DNA of 64,000 nucleotides from Candidatus Algichlamydia australiensis (GTDB lineage: Bacteria; Chlamydiota; Chlamydiia; Chlamydiales; JAJFMI01), in contig JAXCHI010000004.1 in NCBI GenBank assembly GCA_033977065.1, forward strand, positions 32,001 to 96,000, written 5' to 3'. A model generated the notes under the pieces. The model was not told the origin of the DNA. It worked only from the letters and a program-made list of their open reading frames with translations, and did no database searches. Below, in pieces: positions 49,051 to 58,802 of the stretch. The stretch's first letter is position 1; the number at the start of each line of letters is the position of its first letter. The translations under genes were made by a program, and so were the position numbers.

Positions 49051-50055
49051 ATGCAGAAAAAGATTTTCTATGATCAACTAATTGTCATTACAGGCGCTGC
49101 AGGTTTTATTGGTTCAGGTGTTGTGCGCCACCTTAATGATTTAGGCTATTCTAATTTGCTTCTTGTTGATGATTTTGGCGAGAGCGAGAAGTGGAAAAAT
49201 TTACATCACAAAAAATACTCTGAAATTGTTTCGCGCTATGAACTTTTTGATTGGTTGAAAGGGCGCGAGCGTGAAATTGAAGCGTTTATTCATCTTGGTG
49301 CCTGCTCTGATACGACAGAGACCGATGGCGATTATATAATGGAGAATAACTACCGCTACTCCATTAAACTTGCCGAATACGCTTTGCAGCATGAGCACCG
49401 CTTTATCTACGCCTCTTCTGCGGCCACATATGGTGACGGAAGCCAAGGCTTTGTTGATGATCATGAGAAGTTAGAAGAGTTAGAGCCGCTGAACTTGTAC
49501 GGGTATTCCAAGCACGCTTTTGACCTTTGGATTAAGCAACACGGGGCACTTGATCAAGCGGTTGGTTTGAAATACTTTAATGTCTTTGGTCCCAACGAAG
49601 CGCACAAAGGACGCATGGCTTCCATGGTCTACCATATGACAAAACCCGCTAAAGAAGAGGGAAAAGTCAAACTTTTCAAATCCTCAGATCCAAAAAACTT
49701 TGGTGATGGAGAGCAGTGCCGTGATTTTATCTATGTCAAAGATGCCGCTGCAATTACATGCAGTTTTTTAGATAACTCTATCGGCGGAATTTTTAATGTG
49801 GGCCGCGGTGAAGCGGTCGCATGGAATACTGTTGCAAAAGCAATTTTCAAAGCTATAGGTAAGCCTGGTAACATAGAATACATCGATATGCCAAAAGATC
49901 TTTTGGGTAAGTACCAAAACTTTACGCAAGCGGATTTGAAAAAATACAAGAAAGCTTTTGCAAAAGAGGATCTTAAACCGCACAGCTGTCAAGGAATTGA
50001 AGAGGCGGTAGCCGACTACGTGCAAAACTATCTTCTCACAGGGAAAAAATGGTAA
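49051..50055 (+). CDS. hldD: ADP-L-glycero-D-manno-heptose 6-epimerase
   Basis: ITGAAGFIGS, YASSAATYG, PLNLYGYSK, YFNVFGPNEAHKGRMAS. Confidence 0.95.
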   Translation: MQKKIFYDQLIVITGAAGFIGSGVVRHLNDLGYSNLLLVDDFGESEKWKNLHHKKYSEIVSRYELFDWLKGREREIEAFIHLGACSDTTETDGDYIMENNYRYSIKLAEYALQHEHRFIYASSAATYGDGSQGFVDDHEKLEELEPLNLYGYSKHAFDLWIKQHGALDQAVGLKYFNVFGPNEAHKGRMASMVYHMTKPAKEEGKVKLFKSSDPKNFGDGEQCRDFIYVKDAAAITCSFLDNSIGGIFNVGRGEAVAWNTVAKAIFKAIGKPGNIEYIDMPKDLLGKYQNFTQADLKKYKKAFAKEDLKPHSCQGIEEAVADYVQNYLLTGKKW

Positions 50056-51383
50056 AAAAGCTTTTTACGGCTTTTTCTCTCTTAGAGAAAATTGAGGTCC
50101 TTGTCATTGGCGATCTCATGCTTGATCGCTACACAAGTGGCAAAGTAGGGCGCATTTCACCTGAAGCGCCAGTTCCCGTTCTTCATGCTGATGAGGAGCA
50201 CGCTCTTCCAGGCGGTGCGGGTAACGTTATGCTAGGACTTGTTGCACTGGGAGCAACAGTTCACGCAATGGGGCGCGTCGGTTACGATCAAGCAGGAGAG
50301 ATATTGCAATCTCTCCTTTCTCAAGAAAAGATTAATACGGCTGGAATTTTTGTCCAAGAGGATTATCGCACACCAGAAAAGAGGCGTATCATTGCGGACA
50401 ACCACCATCTTCTGCGCATTGATCATGAAAAAATTGCCCCTCCTAGCAAAGAGTTGGAAGAGCAGATTATAGACTCTTTCTCCCAAATTCTTCCCCAAAT
50501 CTCAGTAGTTGCTATTTCTGATTATGGAAAAGGATTTCTCACAAAAGAACTCCTTCAAAAGCTGATTGCGCGCGCGCAAAAAGCAAAAGTCCCTGTTTTA
50601 GTCGACCCCAAAGGATTAGACTTTTCCAAATACTCTGGAGCCACGCTTGTCAAACCGAATTGCAAGGAGGCCTACCTGGCATCAGGACTTTCACAAGAAG
50701 CCTCTCTTGAAGAAGTCTCAGAAAGTATTTTTTCTAAAAGTAAGATAGAGAATCTAGTGATCACGCGTTCTGAAGAGGGAATATCGCTCTTTTCTCAAAA
50801 CACAAGAGAAGATTTTGCAACTGAGGCAAAAGAGATTAAAGATGTCACAGGTGCGGGTGACACCGTTTTAGCTACAATTGCAATGGCAGTTGGAAGCAAG
50901 ATCTCTCTTGTTGAAGCGTGCCAACTTGCTAACTACACGGCCTCTGTTGCTATTGAACATGTGGGATGTAAACCCGTTACTCTTTCACAACTTGCAGAAA
51001 GACTTTTAAAAAACAGCGCTAATGCAAAAATCTTTGAAGAGCACCATCTCTTTGCTTTAAAGGAGTTGCTCAAAGATCAGCCCTTTATCCTTCTTGGAAT
51101 GGATCAGGAGAGTGTCGCATCCATAAAGTGGATCGACGCTCTTCAAGAACTAGCAAAAGAAAAAATTATTCTCTACGTTTCTGAAAAAACGCCTCGTCAC
51201 TATCTCTCTCTGCTTGCCTCACTTAAAGAAATCTCTTTTCTTATACTAGGCTCGCAAAGCCTGACCGAACTCTGTTCTGAAATCGGCCCAAGAAGGGTCT
51301 ATGTATTTGAAGATGAGAGTCTCCATCAGCTGGATGAAGCTGTTGCTCTTCTTAAAAGGCTTTCTAATGAATCTATTGTGTAA
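50049..51383 (+). CDS. hldE: HldE/RfaE heptose-7-phosphate kinase with degenerate C-terminal domain
   Basis: GDLMLDRY..RISPEAPVPV, SDYGKG, DVTGAGDT. Confidence 0.88.
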   Translation: MVKKLFTAFSLLEKIEVLVIGDLMLDRYTSGKVGRISPEAPVPVLHADEEHALPGGAGNVMLGLVALGATVHAMGRVGYDQAGEILQSLLSQEKINTAGIFVQEDYRTPEKRRIIADNHHLLRIDHEKIAPPSKELEEQIIDSFSQILPQISVVAISDYGKGFLTKELLQKLIARAQKAKVPVLVDPKGLDFSKYSGATLVKPNCKEAYLASGLSQEASLEEVSESIFSKSKIENLVITRSEEGISLFSQNTREDFATEAKEIKDVTGAGDTVLATIAMAVGSKISLVEACQLANYTASVAIEHVGCKPVTLSQLAERLLKNSANAKIFEEHHLFALKELLKDQPFILLGMDQESVASIKWIDALQELAKEKIILYVSEKTPRHYLSLLASLKEISFLILGSQSLTELCSEIGPRRVYVFEDESLHQLDEAVALLKRLSNESIV

Positions 51384-52128
51384 AATATCTTTTTATTTTT
51401 TGATGAGTGTTTTTTCTTACAGTCTGAATGAAGTTGAGGAGAAAACTTTTGCAGATGAGCTCTCGGTGCTTACGTTTAATACTTGCGCCTTGCCCAGTGT
51501 ATTACCCAAGTGGTTTGGGGGGATGCCGCCAGTAAACGAGCGTAAAGAGGAAGTCGTTGATTTTATCCACCAGCAAGATGCGGACCTTGTCTGTTTGCAG
51601 GAGGTTTGGGACCCCTATTTCCGTAAATTTTTGGTAGAGGAATTAAAAGAAGAGTATCCGCATATTTTTACTAAAATAGGACCCTCTTGTTGGGGAATGG
51701 ACAGTGGTCTCTTCATCGCATCAAAATACCCCGTAATAGAGACTCTTTATATTCCGTATGATAACAACGGCTCAATTCCAGATCGTGTAATTCACCGTGG
51801 GGTTTTTACCTTCAAAATTGGAGGTCACAAGATTGGCGTAACCCACCTGCAGCCAGGAAGCACTAAGAGAGAGATTCGCAGATCTCAAGTAGCGCAAATT
51901 CCGGAAGATTGTGAAATTCTCATCGGAGATCTCAATACCCAAGATGAAGAGGAACTAAGTGAGTTTTTTTCTAATTACATAAATAGCTATCAAGGTCCTG
52001 CGACACACCCTGATGATCAAAAGATGCAAGATTACATTCTGATACAAGGAAAGCAGCTGTCTCAAATTGAGAGCTATGAGACAGGGTGTTCGGATCATCT
52101 CGCTCTAAAAGCAACAATAAAATTTTAA
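51367..52128 (+). CDS. Endonuclease/exonuclease/phosphatase family (sphingomyelinase-like) protein
   Basis: LTFN, DLVCLQEV, SGLFIASKYP, THLQ, GDLN, SDH. Confidence 0.85.
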   Translation: MNLLCKISFYFLMSVFSYSLNEVEEKTFADELSVLTFNTCALPSVLPKWFGGMPPVNERKEEVVDFIHQQDADLVCLQEVWDPYFRKFLVEELKEEYPHIFTKIGPSCWGMDSGLFIASKYPVIETLYIPYDNNGSIPDRVIHRGVFTFKIGGHKIGVTHLQPGSTKREIRRSQVAQIPEDCEILIGDLNTQDEEELSEFFSNYINSYQGPATHPDDQKMQDYILIQGKQLSQIESYETGCSDHLALKATIKF

Positions 52129-52152
52129 AAACTCAAGTTGCTACCCAGTTTC

Positions 52153-52995
52153 TTATTTGTTCAGTGGCTTCTTAAGAAACTGGTCTTGGGAAATTGGACT
52201 ATTACGATTCTCTTCGGATACGAAAAGTGCTTGCATCAAAGATGTATTTGGTTGAACAGCGTAAGAAGAGAAGTCTGTTACTCCCTCTTTTTGAAGGAGT
52301 GCTTCATCAGTAAAAAAGTTTCCTGAGCACTCAAATGAATTTTTTTGAAGGAGTGTATAGGCAGCATCGGCCATAATCGTTGGCCAGCGGCTGCGAGTGT
52401 AAACTTCATCTGAAAAGTGCGCTTTAATTGTCTGTGTGGCAATTGTTGTTTCGGGCCAAAGCGAGTTCACGGCAATCTTTTTTTCTCGAAATTCCTCTGC
52501 CATTCCCAGTGTACATAGACTCATCGCATATTTTGAGAGAGAGAATGCGAGGTGATTTTTAAACCAGCGGGGTGCCAAGTTGAGTGGGGGTGAAATATTA
52601 ATGATATGGGGATTTGAAGCTTTTTCAAGGTAGGGTAGGCACGCTTGGGAGAGGAAAAATGCGGCGCGTGTACTTGTAGAAATAAGCTTATCAAATTGCT
52701 CTGGAGAAGTATGAGGGGTGTCTCCGAAATGGGTAGCACTGGTGTTATTGATCAGAGCATCGACCCCGTGAAATTTCTTAACCACGTCTAAGACAGCACT
52801 TTTTAGAGCGTTTTCGTCAGAGACATCTATTTCTAGGCCGAATGCCCTATTCTCGATTTCCTCTATAGAAGAGTCGAGTTCGTTTGAGAGGATCGCAATG
52901 TTGGCACCTCTAGATGCCAATTTCTTAGCAATTGCTAGACCGATTCCTCGGCTACCACCTGTAATAATAATTGTTTTATTCAGCAACGAACTCAT
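52153..52995 (-). CDS. SDR-family oxidoreductase (HSDL2-like)
   Basis: ITGGSRGIG, NPHIINISPP, NSLWP.T.IAT. Confidence 0.88.
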   Translation of the reverse strand: MSSLLNKTIIITGGSRGIGLAIAKKLASRGANIAILSNELDSSIEEIENRAFGLEIDVSDENALKSAVLDVVKKFHGVDALINNTSATHFGDTPHTSPEQFDKLISTSTRAAFFLSQACLPYLEKASNPHIINISPPLNLAPRWFKNHLAFSLSKYAMSLCTLGMAEEFREKKIAVNSLWPETTIATQTIKAHFSDEVYTRSRWPTIMADAAYTLLQKNSFECSGNFFTDEALLQKEGVTDFSSYAVQPNTSLMQALFVSEENRNSPISQDQFLKKPLNK

Positions 52996-53881
52996 AGCTA
53001 CGTAGCTCTTGGAGTTTTGCAATCCGTTTCTCAAGCGGTGGATGAGTTGAGTAGAGCTGGCGGAGAAGAGAGGTTTTTTTAGGGCTGGCGATCATAAAGG
53101 CGGCAAGTTTCTGCTCTTTCTCTTCTATCTGCATGCGCTCAAGACTCTGCAGTGCCGCAATCATTTTTCCCTTCCCAGCAAATTGGGCTCCGCCCGCATC
53201 AGCGCGGTATTCACGAAAGCGTGAGTAGGCGCAGATGATAAGAGAACCAAGTGCCATAAAGAATACTTCAAAAAGCATTACAGTGAGGTAGTAGGTCCAG
53301 CCAAAATGGTTGGAGCGGCGGCTGCTACCACGAGAGAGAGCAGCGTTGAGGGCAAAGGCGGCGATGCGTGCAAAGAACATAACAAAAGCGTTAACAACTC
53401 CTTGAAGGAGAGTCATGGTTACCATATCGCCATTTTTAATATGAGCAAGCTCATGGCCGATAACAGCTTCCACTTGATCAGGTGGCATTTTATCAAGCAG
53501 GGCGTCGCTGACGGCGACAAGGGAGCGTTTTCTTGTGGGGCCTGTGGCAAAGGCGTTCGGGCTTTTGGCGTGAAAAATGCCCACTTCTGGCACCGGGATG
53601 TTGGCGTTTTTGGCAAGTCGCGCCACCATTAGATAGAGAGAGTCCTGTTTTGAAACAAGCTTGACGCGTAGCATCCATTTTGCCATTTTACGCGATAGCA
53701 TAAGTGAGATGAGCGAGCCAACCATTCCCCAGATAAAACAGAAAACAAGAAGGCTTTTATAGTTTAAACCGTAAGCGCTGATATAGGGCTGTACATTGAA
53801 GATGTTCAGGATCAACCCCACTGTGGTAATCACAAGTAGATTGAGCGCCAGAAATAAAAAAATTCTTTTAAACCAGTTCAT
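52976..53881 (-). CDS. htpX: Zinc metalloprotease HtpX
   Basis: PNAFATG, HELAH, NGDMVTMTL, SRFREYRAD, STHPPL. Confidence 0.96.
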   Translation of the reverse strand: MNWFKRIFLFLALNLLVITTVGLILNIFNVQPYISAYGLNYKSLLVFCFIWGMVGSLISLMLSRKMAKWMLRVKLVSKQDSLYLMVARLAKNANIPVPEVGIFHAKSPNAFATGPTRKRSLVAVSDALLDKMPPDQVEAVIGHELAHIKNGDMVTMTLLQGVVNAFVMFFARIAAFALNAALSRGSSRRSNHFGWTYYLTVMLFEVFFMALGSLIICAYSRFREYRADAGGAQFAGKGKMIAALQSLERMQIEEKEQKLAAFMIASPKKTSLLRQLYSTHPPLEKRIAKLQELRSYEFVAE

Positions 53882-53942
53882 ATTCCACCTCACGTTTGAT
53901 CCTATTTTAACAAAAAGTTGCATTCTGGTATACCATACGAGT

Positions 53943-55301
53943 ATGTTCGATTATTCTAAGTGGTTTAAAGAAAATGAGAAGCAGATAAGAGAAGATTTTT
54001 TTACTTTTCTGCGATTTCCTAGTGTTAGCACAGAGCCCGACTTTAAAGGCGATGTCCGGATGTGCGCAAACTGGGTAAAAAAATATTTAGAAGAGATGGG
54101 GTTGCACGCTTCCCTATGGGAAGGGGAGGGGCATCCTGTTCTTTTTGCTGAGACGGAGCATCAAGAGGGCTATCCGACAATTTTACTCTATCATCACTAC
54201 GATGTGCAGCCTGTTGATCCGCTCGATTTATGGGAATCGAAACCTTTTTCACCCACGGTGCGAGATGGAAAAGTGTATGCGCGCGGTGCTTGTGATAACA
54301 AGGGGCAGTGCTTCTATTCGATTACTGCTGTGAAAGCCTATTTGGAAGCGGGGGGTAAGTGCAACATTAAGTTTCTAATTGAAGGGGAAGAAGAGGCGGG
54401 CAGCGCGACATTGAGGCAACTTCTAAAAGAAAAACAAAAAGAGTTGCAGTGCGATCATCTGATTATTGTCGACATCACAATTCCAGAGCCAGGTGTACCT
54501 GCGGTGACACTTGGAATGCGTGGGAATATTGCTTTCCATGTTGAGTGTACTGAGGCCAATTTTGATTTGCATTCAGGTGAGCATGGAGGCTTAGCTTACA
54601 ACCCGAACCGCGCCCTTGCAGAGTTGCTTGCTAAGCTCTGGAACGAAAAAGGAGAGATCGCGATTCCCCAATTTTATGACGATCTAGCAGAAATTTCTAA
54701 AGAAGATCTTGCTGCCTTGAATTTTACTTTTGATGAAGAGCGCTATAAAAAAGAGTTTGGTATTCGAAAAATAGTGGAAGAGGGAGACTTTTCACCCAAG
54801 ATGCGCAATTGGTTGCGGCCGACTGTTGAAATTAATGGAATGGGGGGAGGCTATGTAGGTGAAGGGTTTAAGACGATTATTCCGGCAAAAGCTTCTGCAA
54901 AAATTTCTTGCCGCTTGCCTCCTGGACTCAAACCAGATAAAGTAGAGAAACAGGTAAAAGAGTTTCTATTCTCACATATTGTTGAAGGAATAGAGCTCAA
55001 AGTAGATGTGCTAAGTAAGGGAGGTGCTGGGTATTTTACCCCAGTCTCTAATCCTACTGTTGCTCCAGTAGCGAAAGCATATGAAGACGTGTTTAACCGT
55101 CCTTGTGAATATGCAATTACAGGTGGCTCCATTCCGATTGCTGTGGAGCTTGCTGAAGCCTCTAGAGCAGAGCCCATTTTGATGGGAGTCGCCTTGGCAA
55201 CAGATCAGATCCATGCACCAAATGAGTATTTTGGGTTGGATCGATTTGCACAAGGATTTGAAGTGATGGCAAAAGCCTTAACAAATTTTGAAAATGAGTG
55301 A
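53943..55301 (+). CDS. M20 family dipeptidase
   Basis: HYDVQP, ARGACDNKGQ, EGEEE, DLHSG, HAPNE. Confidence 0.92.
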   Translation: MFDYSKWFKENEKQIREDFFTFLRFPSVSTEPDFKGDVRMCANWVKKYLEEMGLHASLWEGEGHPVLFAETEHQEGYPTILLYHHYDVQPVDPLDLWESKPFSPTVRDGKVYARGACDNKGQCFYSITAVKAYLEAGGKCNIKFLIEGEEEAGSATLRQLLKEKQKELQCDHLIIVDITIPEPGVPAVTLGMRGNIAFHVECTEANFDLHSGEHGGLAYNPNRALAELLAKLWNEKGEIAIPQFYDDLAEISKEDLAALNFTFDEERYKKEFGIRKIVEEGDFSPKMRNWLRPTVEINGMGGGYVGEGFKTIIPAKASAKISCRLPPGLKPDKVEKQVKEFLFSHIVEGIELKVDVLSKGGAGYFTPVSNPTVAPVAKAYEDVFNRPCEYAITGGSIPIAVELAEASRAEPILMGVALATDQIHAPNEYFGLDRFAQGFEVMAKALTNFENE

Positions 55302-55926
55302 ACAAGTCATACGATCAGAGCAGCCTCTCCACCTCTTTGTAGGTCCCATTTTTGTTGCGATAGCGGAGGCAATTGCCTTAGGCAAAGGTGCGACAGTTGC
55401 TCCCTTTCTGCTCTGGCTCGCCCCAATTGGCCTCATCGCTACTGGTATTTGGCGACTCAAAGGCGCTCTCCTTATATCTGGCATGCTCCTCGCGTTTCCT
55501 CTGCTACACCAGTTTTCTCTCTTCTCATTTGGCTGGGCGCTCTCTGTCTCCCTAGCCCTTCTTGTCTCTGCGCTTCTTATGGAAGAAGATACTCCTTTGG
55601 AAGTCTTCCCGGTTTCAAATAAGGAGGAGGACTACGATGAAGTAAAGGAGAAGCTCTCCTCTTTTAAAAAAGAGAAAGAGAAGATGGAATTGCTTGTTCA
55701 AGCGAGTGATGAAGAGGCGCGAAAAGCTTTCTTCCAAACAAAAAAATTGGAAGAAAAACTGCAAACTTTACTCAGTGAAAAGGCAAAAACTGTTCCACAT
55801 GATGGTGTTCACCATCTTCTTGAAGAGAAAGAACAGGAGATCGATCGTCTGCAAAAAGAGGTTGCTTCTCTAGAGCACGAGCTTGTTCTTAAATCAGCGT
55901 CAGAATCTCGTGACCCGTCTCTGTAA
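55288..55926 (+). CDS. Hypothetical membrane protein with coiled-coil tail
   Basis: Hydrophobic N-terminal half, charged heptads in the C-terminal half. Confidence 0.7.
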   Translation: MKMSEQVIRSEQPLHLFVGPIFVAIAEAIALGKGATVAPFLLWLAPIGLIATGIWRLKGALLISGMLLAFPLLHQFSLFSFGWALSVSLALLVSALLMEEDTPLEVFPVSNKEEDYDEVKEKLSSFKKEKEKMELLVQASDEEARKAFFQTKKLEEKLQTLLSEKAKTVPHDGVHHLLEEKEQEIDRLQKEVASLEHELVLKSASESRDPSL

Positions 55927-56761
55927 TCAAAATCGTATGTTCACACTGAGCAGAGGGTTTTAGATCACCTGTACGCGCTACCCACTGATTATCCTTATCG
56001 ACAACACTACTGCGCACGCCAGCATTGATCATCGGCTCGATTGTAAAAATCATGCCGGGAACTAAAGGAATTTTTGTATTGTTGTAGTGATGAGGTACTT
56101 GTGGGGGCTCGTGAAATTCTAAGCCAACCCCATGACCCACAAAATCGTCAACGACGGAGCAATTTTTTGAGCGGGCGTAGTCTTCAATGACTTTTCCAAT
56201 ATCTGAAACGAGTATGCCAGGTTTTAAAATTGCTATCGATCGTTTCAGGCATTCGCGTGAAACGTCAATCACAAGCTGCTTCTCTTCGCTAATTTCTCCA
56301 ATGATCGCCATCTCAGAGCAGTCCCCGTAGTAGCCATTTAAGATACAGGAGGTATCGATATTGAGTATGTCACCATTTTTTAGCGGGACATCATCGGGAA
56401 TGCCGTGGCAGATGACCTCATTTAGCGATGTACAGATGCTTTTTGGAAATGGGGGAGAGCCGTAGCCGAGAGGGGCGGGAGTGGCGCCTGCATCGGCATG
56501 AAGTTTGAGAGAGAGGGCATCAATCTCATTTGTGGTGACTCCCTCTCTGCACGCTTCAAGGAGTTTTTGCAAAATTTCCGCGGAGAGTTTGCACGCTTTT
56601 TTGATGCCTGCAATCTCTTCGGCTGTTTTGATCCGAATCTGATATTTTTTTGCATACTCTCTACGAAGCTCTTCAAAAGAGAGCGGTGTACCTTCAGGGT
56701 AGTGGCACTTTTTCCATTTTTTTTCGGAGCCGCACCAACAGGGGTCATTTCTTTGAATCAT
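55889..56761 (-). CDS. map: Methionine aminopeptidase with N-terminal SEC-C motif
   Basis: RNDPCWCGS.KKWKKCH; CTSLNEVICHGIP, GHGVG, FTIEPMIN, EHT. Confidence 0.96.
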   Translation of the reverse strand: MIQRNDPCWCGSEKKWKKCHYPEGTPLSFEELRREYAKKYQIRIKTAEEIAGIKKACKLSAEILQKLLEACREGVTTNEIDALSLKLHADAGATPAPLGYGSPPFPKSICTSLNEVICHGIPDDVPLKNGDILNIDTSCILNGYYGDCSEMAIIGEISEEKQLVIDVSRECLKRSIAILKPGILVSDIGKVIEDYARSKNCSVVDDFVGHGVGLEFHEPPQVPHHYNNTKIPLVPGMIFTIEPMINAGVRSSVVDKDNQWVARTGDLKPSAQCEHTILITETGHEILTLI

Positions 56762-57513
56762 GAGACGAGTATAGGGTAAACCACTTTTTCAAGAAAGAGA
56801 CCGTGGGCGGGGGCAGTAATTCCCAAACTCTTGCGTTCTTTGCTTGCAATAATTTGTGGCAACTCATCAAGGGAAATTTTTCCTGTACCCACATAGAGAA
56901 GAGTACCAACGAGATTGCGCACCATTTTATAAAGAAAACTTTTTCCTCTTATTTTAAAGAGAAGTTTTTGAGGAGTTATCTGCTCAATTAAAATTTCTTC
57001 TAACTCGCGAACTGTATCTTCACGTATCTCTTTGGCATTTGTGAACGCAGCAAAATCACGCTTCCCGATAATAAGGGGAATTGCGGCTTGCATCAACTTA
57101 AGATCAATAGGATAAGGAAAGTGAAAGGCGTAAGCGGTATCAAAGGGGAGTTGCAAAGATCCGATATCGACTTGGTAGCGGTACTCTTTGCCGCAGGCGT
57201 CTGTTGTCGGATGAAAACCAGATCGTGCAATTTCAATATCTAAAACGCGAATTTCGGCGGGCAATAGGGAGTTGAGACTTCCCTTGAGTCGAAAGGGATC
57301 GATTGGTTTTTCTGTAAAAAAGTTCACAACTTGGCCGCGCGCATGGACACCGCGATCAGTGCGGGAGGCAGCTTGCAAAGTGACGCGCTCTTGCAAAACC
57401 ACTTTAAGGATGCGCTCGAGGGTCTCCTCAACAGAGGGGCGTCCCGCAACTTTTTGCCAGCCGAAGAAGGGGGCGCCATCATAAGCAATGATCATTTTAA
57501 TGTTTTGATTCAT
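56758..57513 (-). CDS. truA: tRNA pseudouridine(38-40) synthase
   Basis: AYDG..GWQ, SRTDRGVHA, FLYKMVR, TAPAHGL. Confidence 0.96.
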   Translation of the reverse strand: MNQNIKMIIAYDGAPFFGWQKVAGRPSVEETLERILKVVLQERVTLQAASRTDRGVHARGQVVNFFTEKPIDPFRLKGSLNSLLPAEIRVLDIEIARSGFHPTTDACGKEYRYQVDIGSLQLPFDTAYAFHFPYPIDLKLMQAAIPLIIGKRDFAAFTNAKEIREDTVRELEEILIEQITPQKLLFKIRGKSFLYKMVRNLVGTLLYVGTGKISLDELPQIIASKERKSLGITAPAHGLFLEKVVYPILVS

Positions 57514-58435
57514 AAAACAAATGATTAGTTAACTTTTTAATATAATTAGATTGTTTCTTATTTAAATTATGAATAATCATAACATAATCACGATTCTTCT
57601 CGAAGGCACTTTTCGTCCAATTGGCGGAGCCAAAAATCAATGTTTTTTTATTAAGTAGACAGAACTTATGGTGAAGCAACTCTAAGCCCCGACTCTCGTA
57701 GGGATACGGTAGCAGCGAAAAAGATTTTTTTGAGCTTCCGCGGGCCGTATAGTGATCGATCGCTATTTGGGCGTGAGGGTGTTGCGCCAAGGCTTCTGTA
57801 AGCAAGGGATGGGTGAGAGTAAACATTGCCATGCGCAGGTCTTTCTGCTTCTTTTCAATCAGTTGTGCCAGGCGCGCAGGTGCCTCTTTATTGGGAAGGT
57901 AGATGAGTTCAACTTTTTGGTTCCCAATTAGAAATTCTTCAGGCGCTCTTTTTGCGGGCAGCTCACGAAGATGCTCTCGTAGAGAGGACGTTAACTCTTT
58001 AGAATAGAGGCCGACCATGAGGTTGCGGTGCATGCGAAGGGATTCGGAAGTGAGGTTGGCAGAGCCAAGAAAAGAAATTTTTTTATCGACCAAAAGAATT
58101 TTTTCATGCATCAATCCAGAAGTTTTGATGCGATGCAAGGAGATTGAGGGGTGAAGCTTGGGCTTTTTCCCTTTATGGTGTGTGTAAATTTCAATGGGAA
58201 GGCCATTTGCGGCGCGGCTATTTAGAAGAGAAATGACCTCGGGATCGCGTAGTTGGTAGGTGGCAATGCAAAGATTTTTTTTAGCGCGCTTAATGAGGTG
58301 AAGAGTGAGCTGTTTAAGATCAGTGCGCTGCTCGTTGCCATAGAAGCGAATTAGCTCCTTGGCTGAGGGCAGCGGCACGTATAAACAGTAGGGAATAAGA
58401 AGTAGCGGAAGGAGGAAGGGCAGTAGCCGCTTCAG
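57497..58435 (-). CDS. Phospholipase D family protein (two HKD-type motifs)
   Basis: [13 protein letters not shown] and [15 protein letters not shown]. Start extended by me to a CTG overlapping the rpmB stop; the ORF track starts at 58378. Confidence 0.88.
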   Translation of the reverse strand: MKRLLPFLLPLLLIPYCLYVPLPSAKELIRFYGNEQRTDLKQLTLHLIKRAKKNLCIATYQLRDPEVISLLNSRAANGLPIEIYTHHKGKKPKLHPSISLHRIKTSGLMHEKILLVDKKISFLGSANLTSESLRMHRNLMVGLYSKELTSSLREHLRELPAKRAPEEFLIGNQKVELIYLPNKEAPARLAQLIEKKQKDLRMAMFTLTHPLLTEALAQHPHAQIAIDHYTARGSSKKSFSLLPYPYESRGLELLHHKFCLLNKKTLIFGSANWTKSAFEKNRDYVMIIHNLNKKQSNYIKKLTNHLFYESKH

Positions 58436-58710
58436 ATCTTTTGGCCTTTAGCTCTTAGATCGCGAACAACTTGCGCGAGGTTCTGCTTCTTATAAAGAGT
58501 ACGCAGAGCATCGGTTGAGAGGCGCAGTGTGATGAAGCGATTCTCCTCAGCAAACCAGAGGCGTTTTTTCTTCAAATTGGGAAGAAAGCGGCGCTTCGAT
58601 TTTCCAGTAATGTTGAGGCCAATTCCTTTCTTTTTTTTGGCGATACCGCGGATGCAGTAGGTGCGTCCTTTGCGGGGCTTTTTTCCTGTGACTTGGCAGA
58701 CTTTAGACAT
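58432..58710 (-). CDS. rpmB: 50S ribosomal protein L28
   Basis: [18 protein letters not shown]. Confidence 0.97.
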   Translation of the reverse strand: MSKVCQVTGKKPRKGRTYCIRGIAKKKKGIGLNITGKSKRRFLPNLKKKRLWFAEENRFITLRLSTDALRTLYKKQNLAQVVRDLRAKGQKI

Positions 58711-58802
58711 AAAAATACCGTGGTTTAAAGGCCAATATAGCACTTTTACTGGTTAAAGGACAAGAACTGAAAAAACGTTTTGTGGTATTAAAATAAATTC
58801 TT

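Noticed and set aside
55889..56761. SEC-C motif fused to Map (also fused glyQS and Cys-free L36)
   Set aside because: Known chlamydial traits, useful for taxonomy but not novel.
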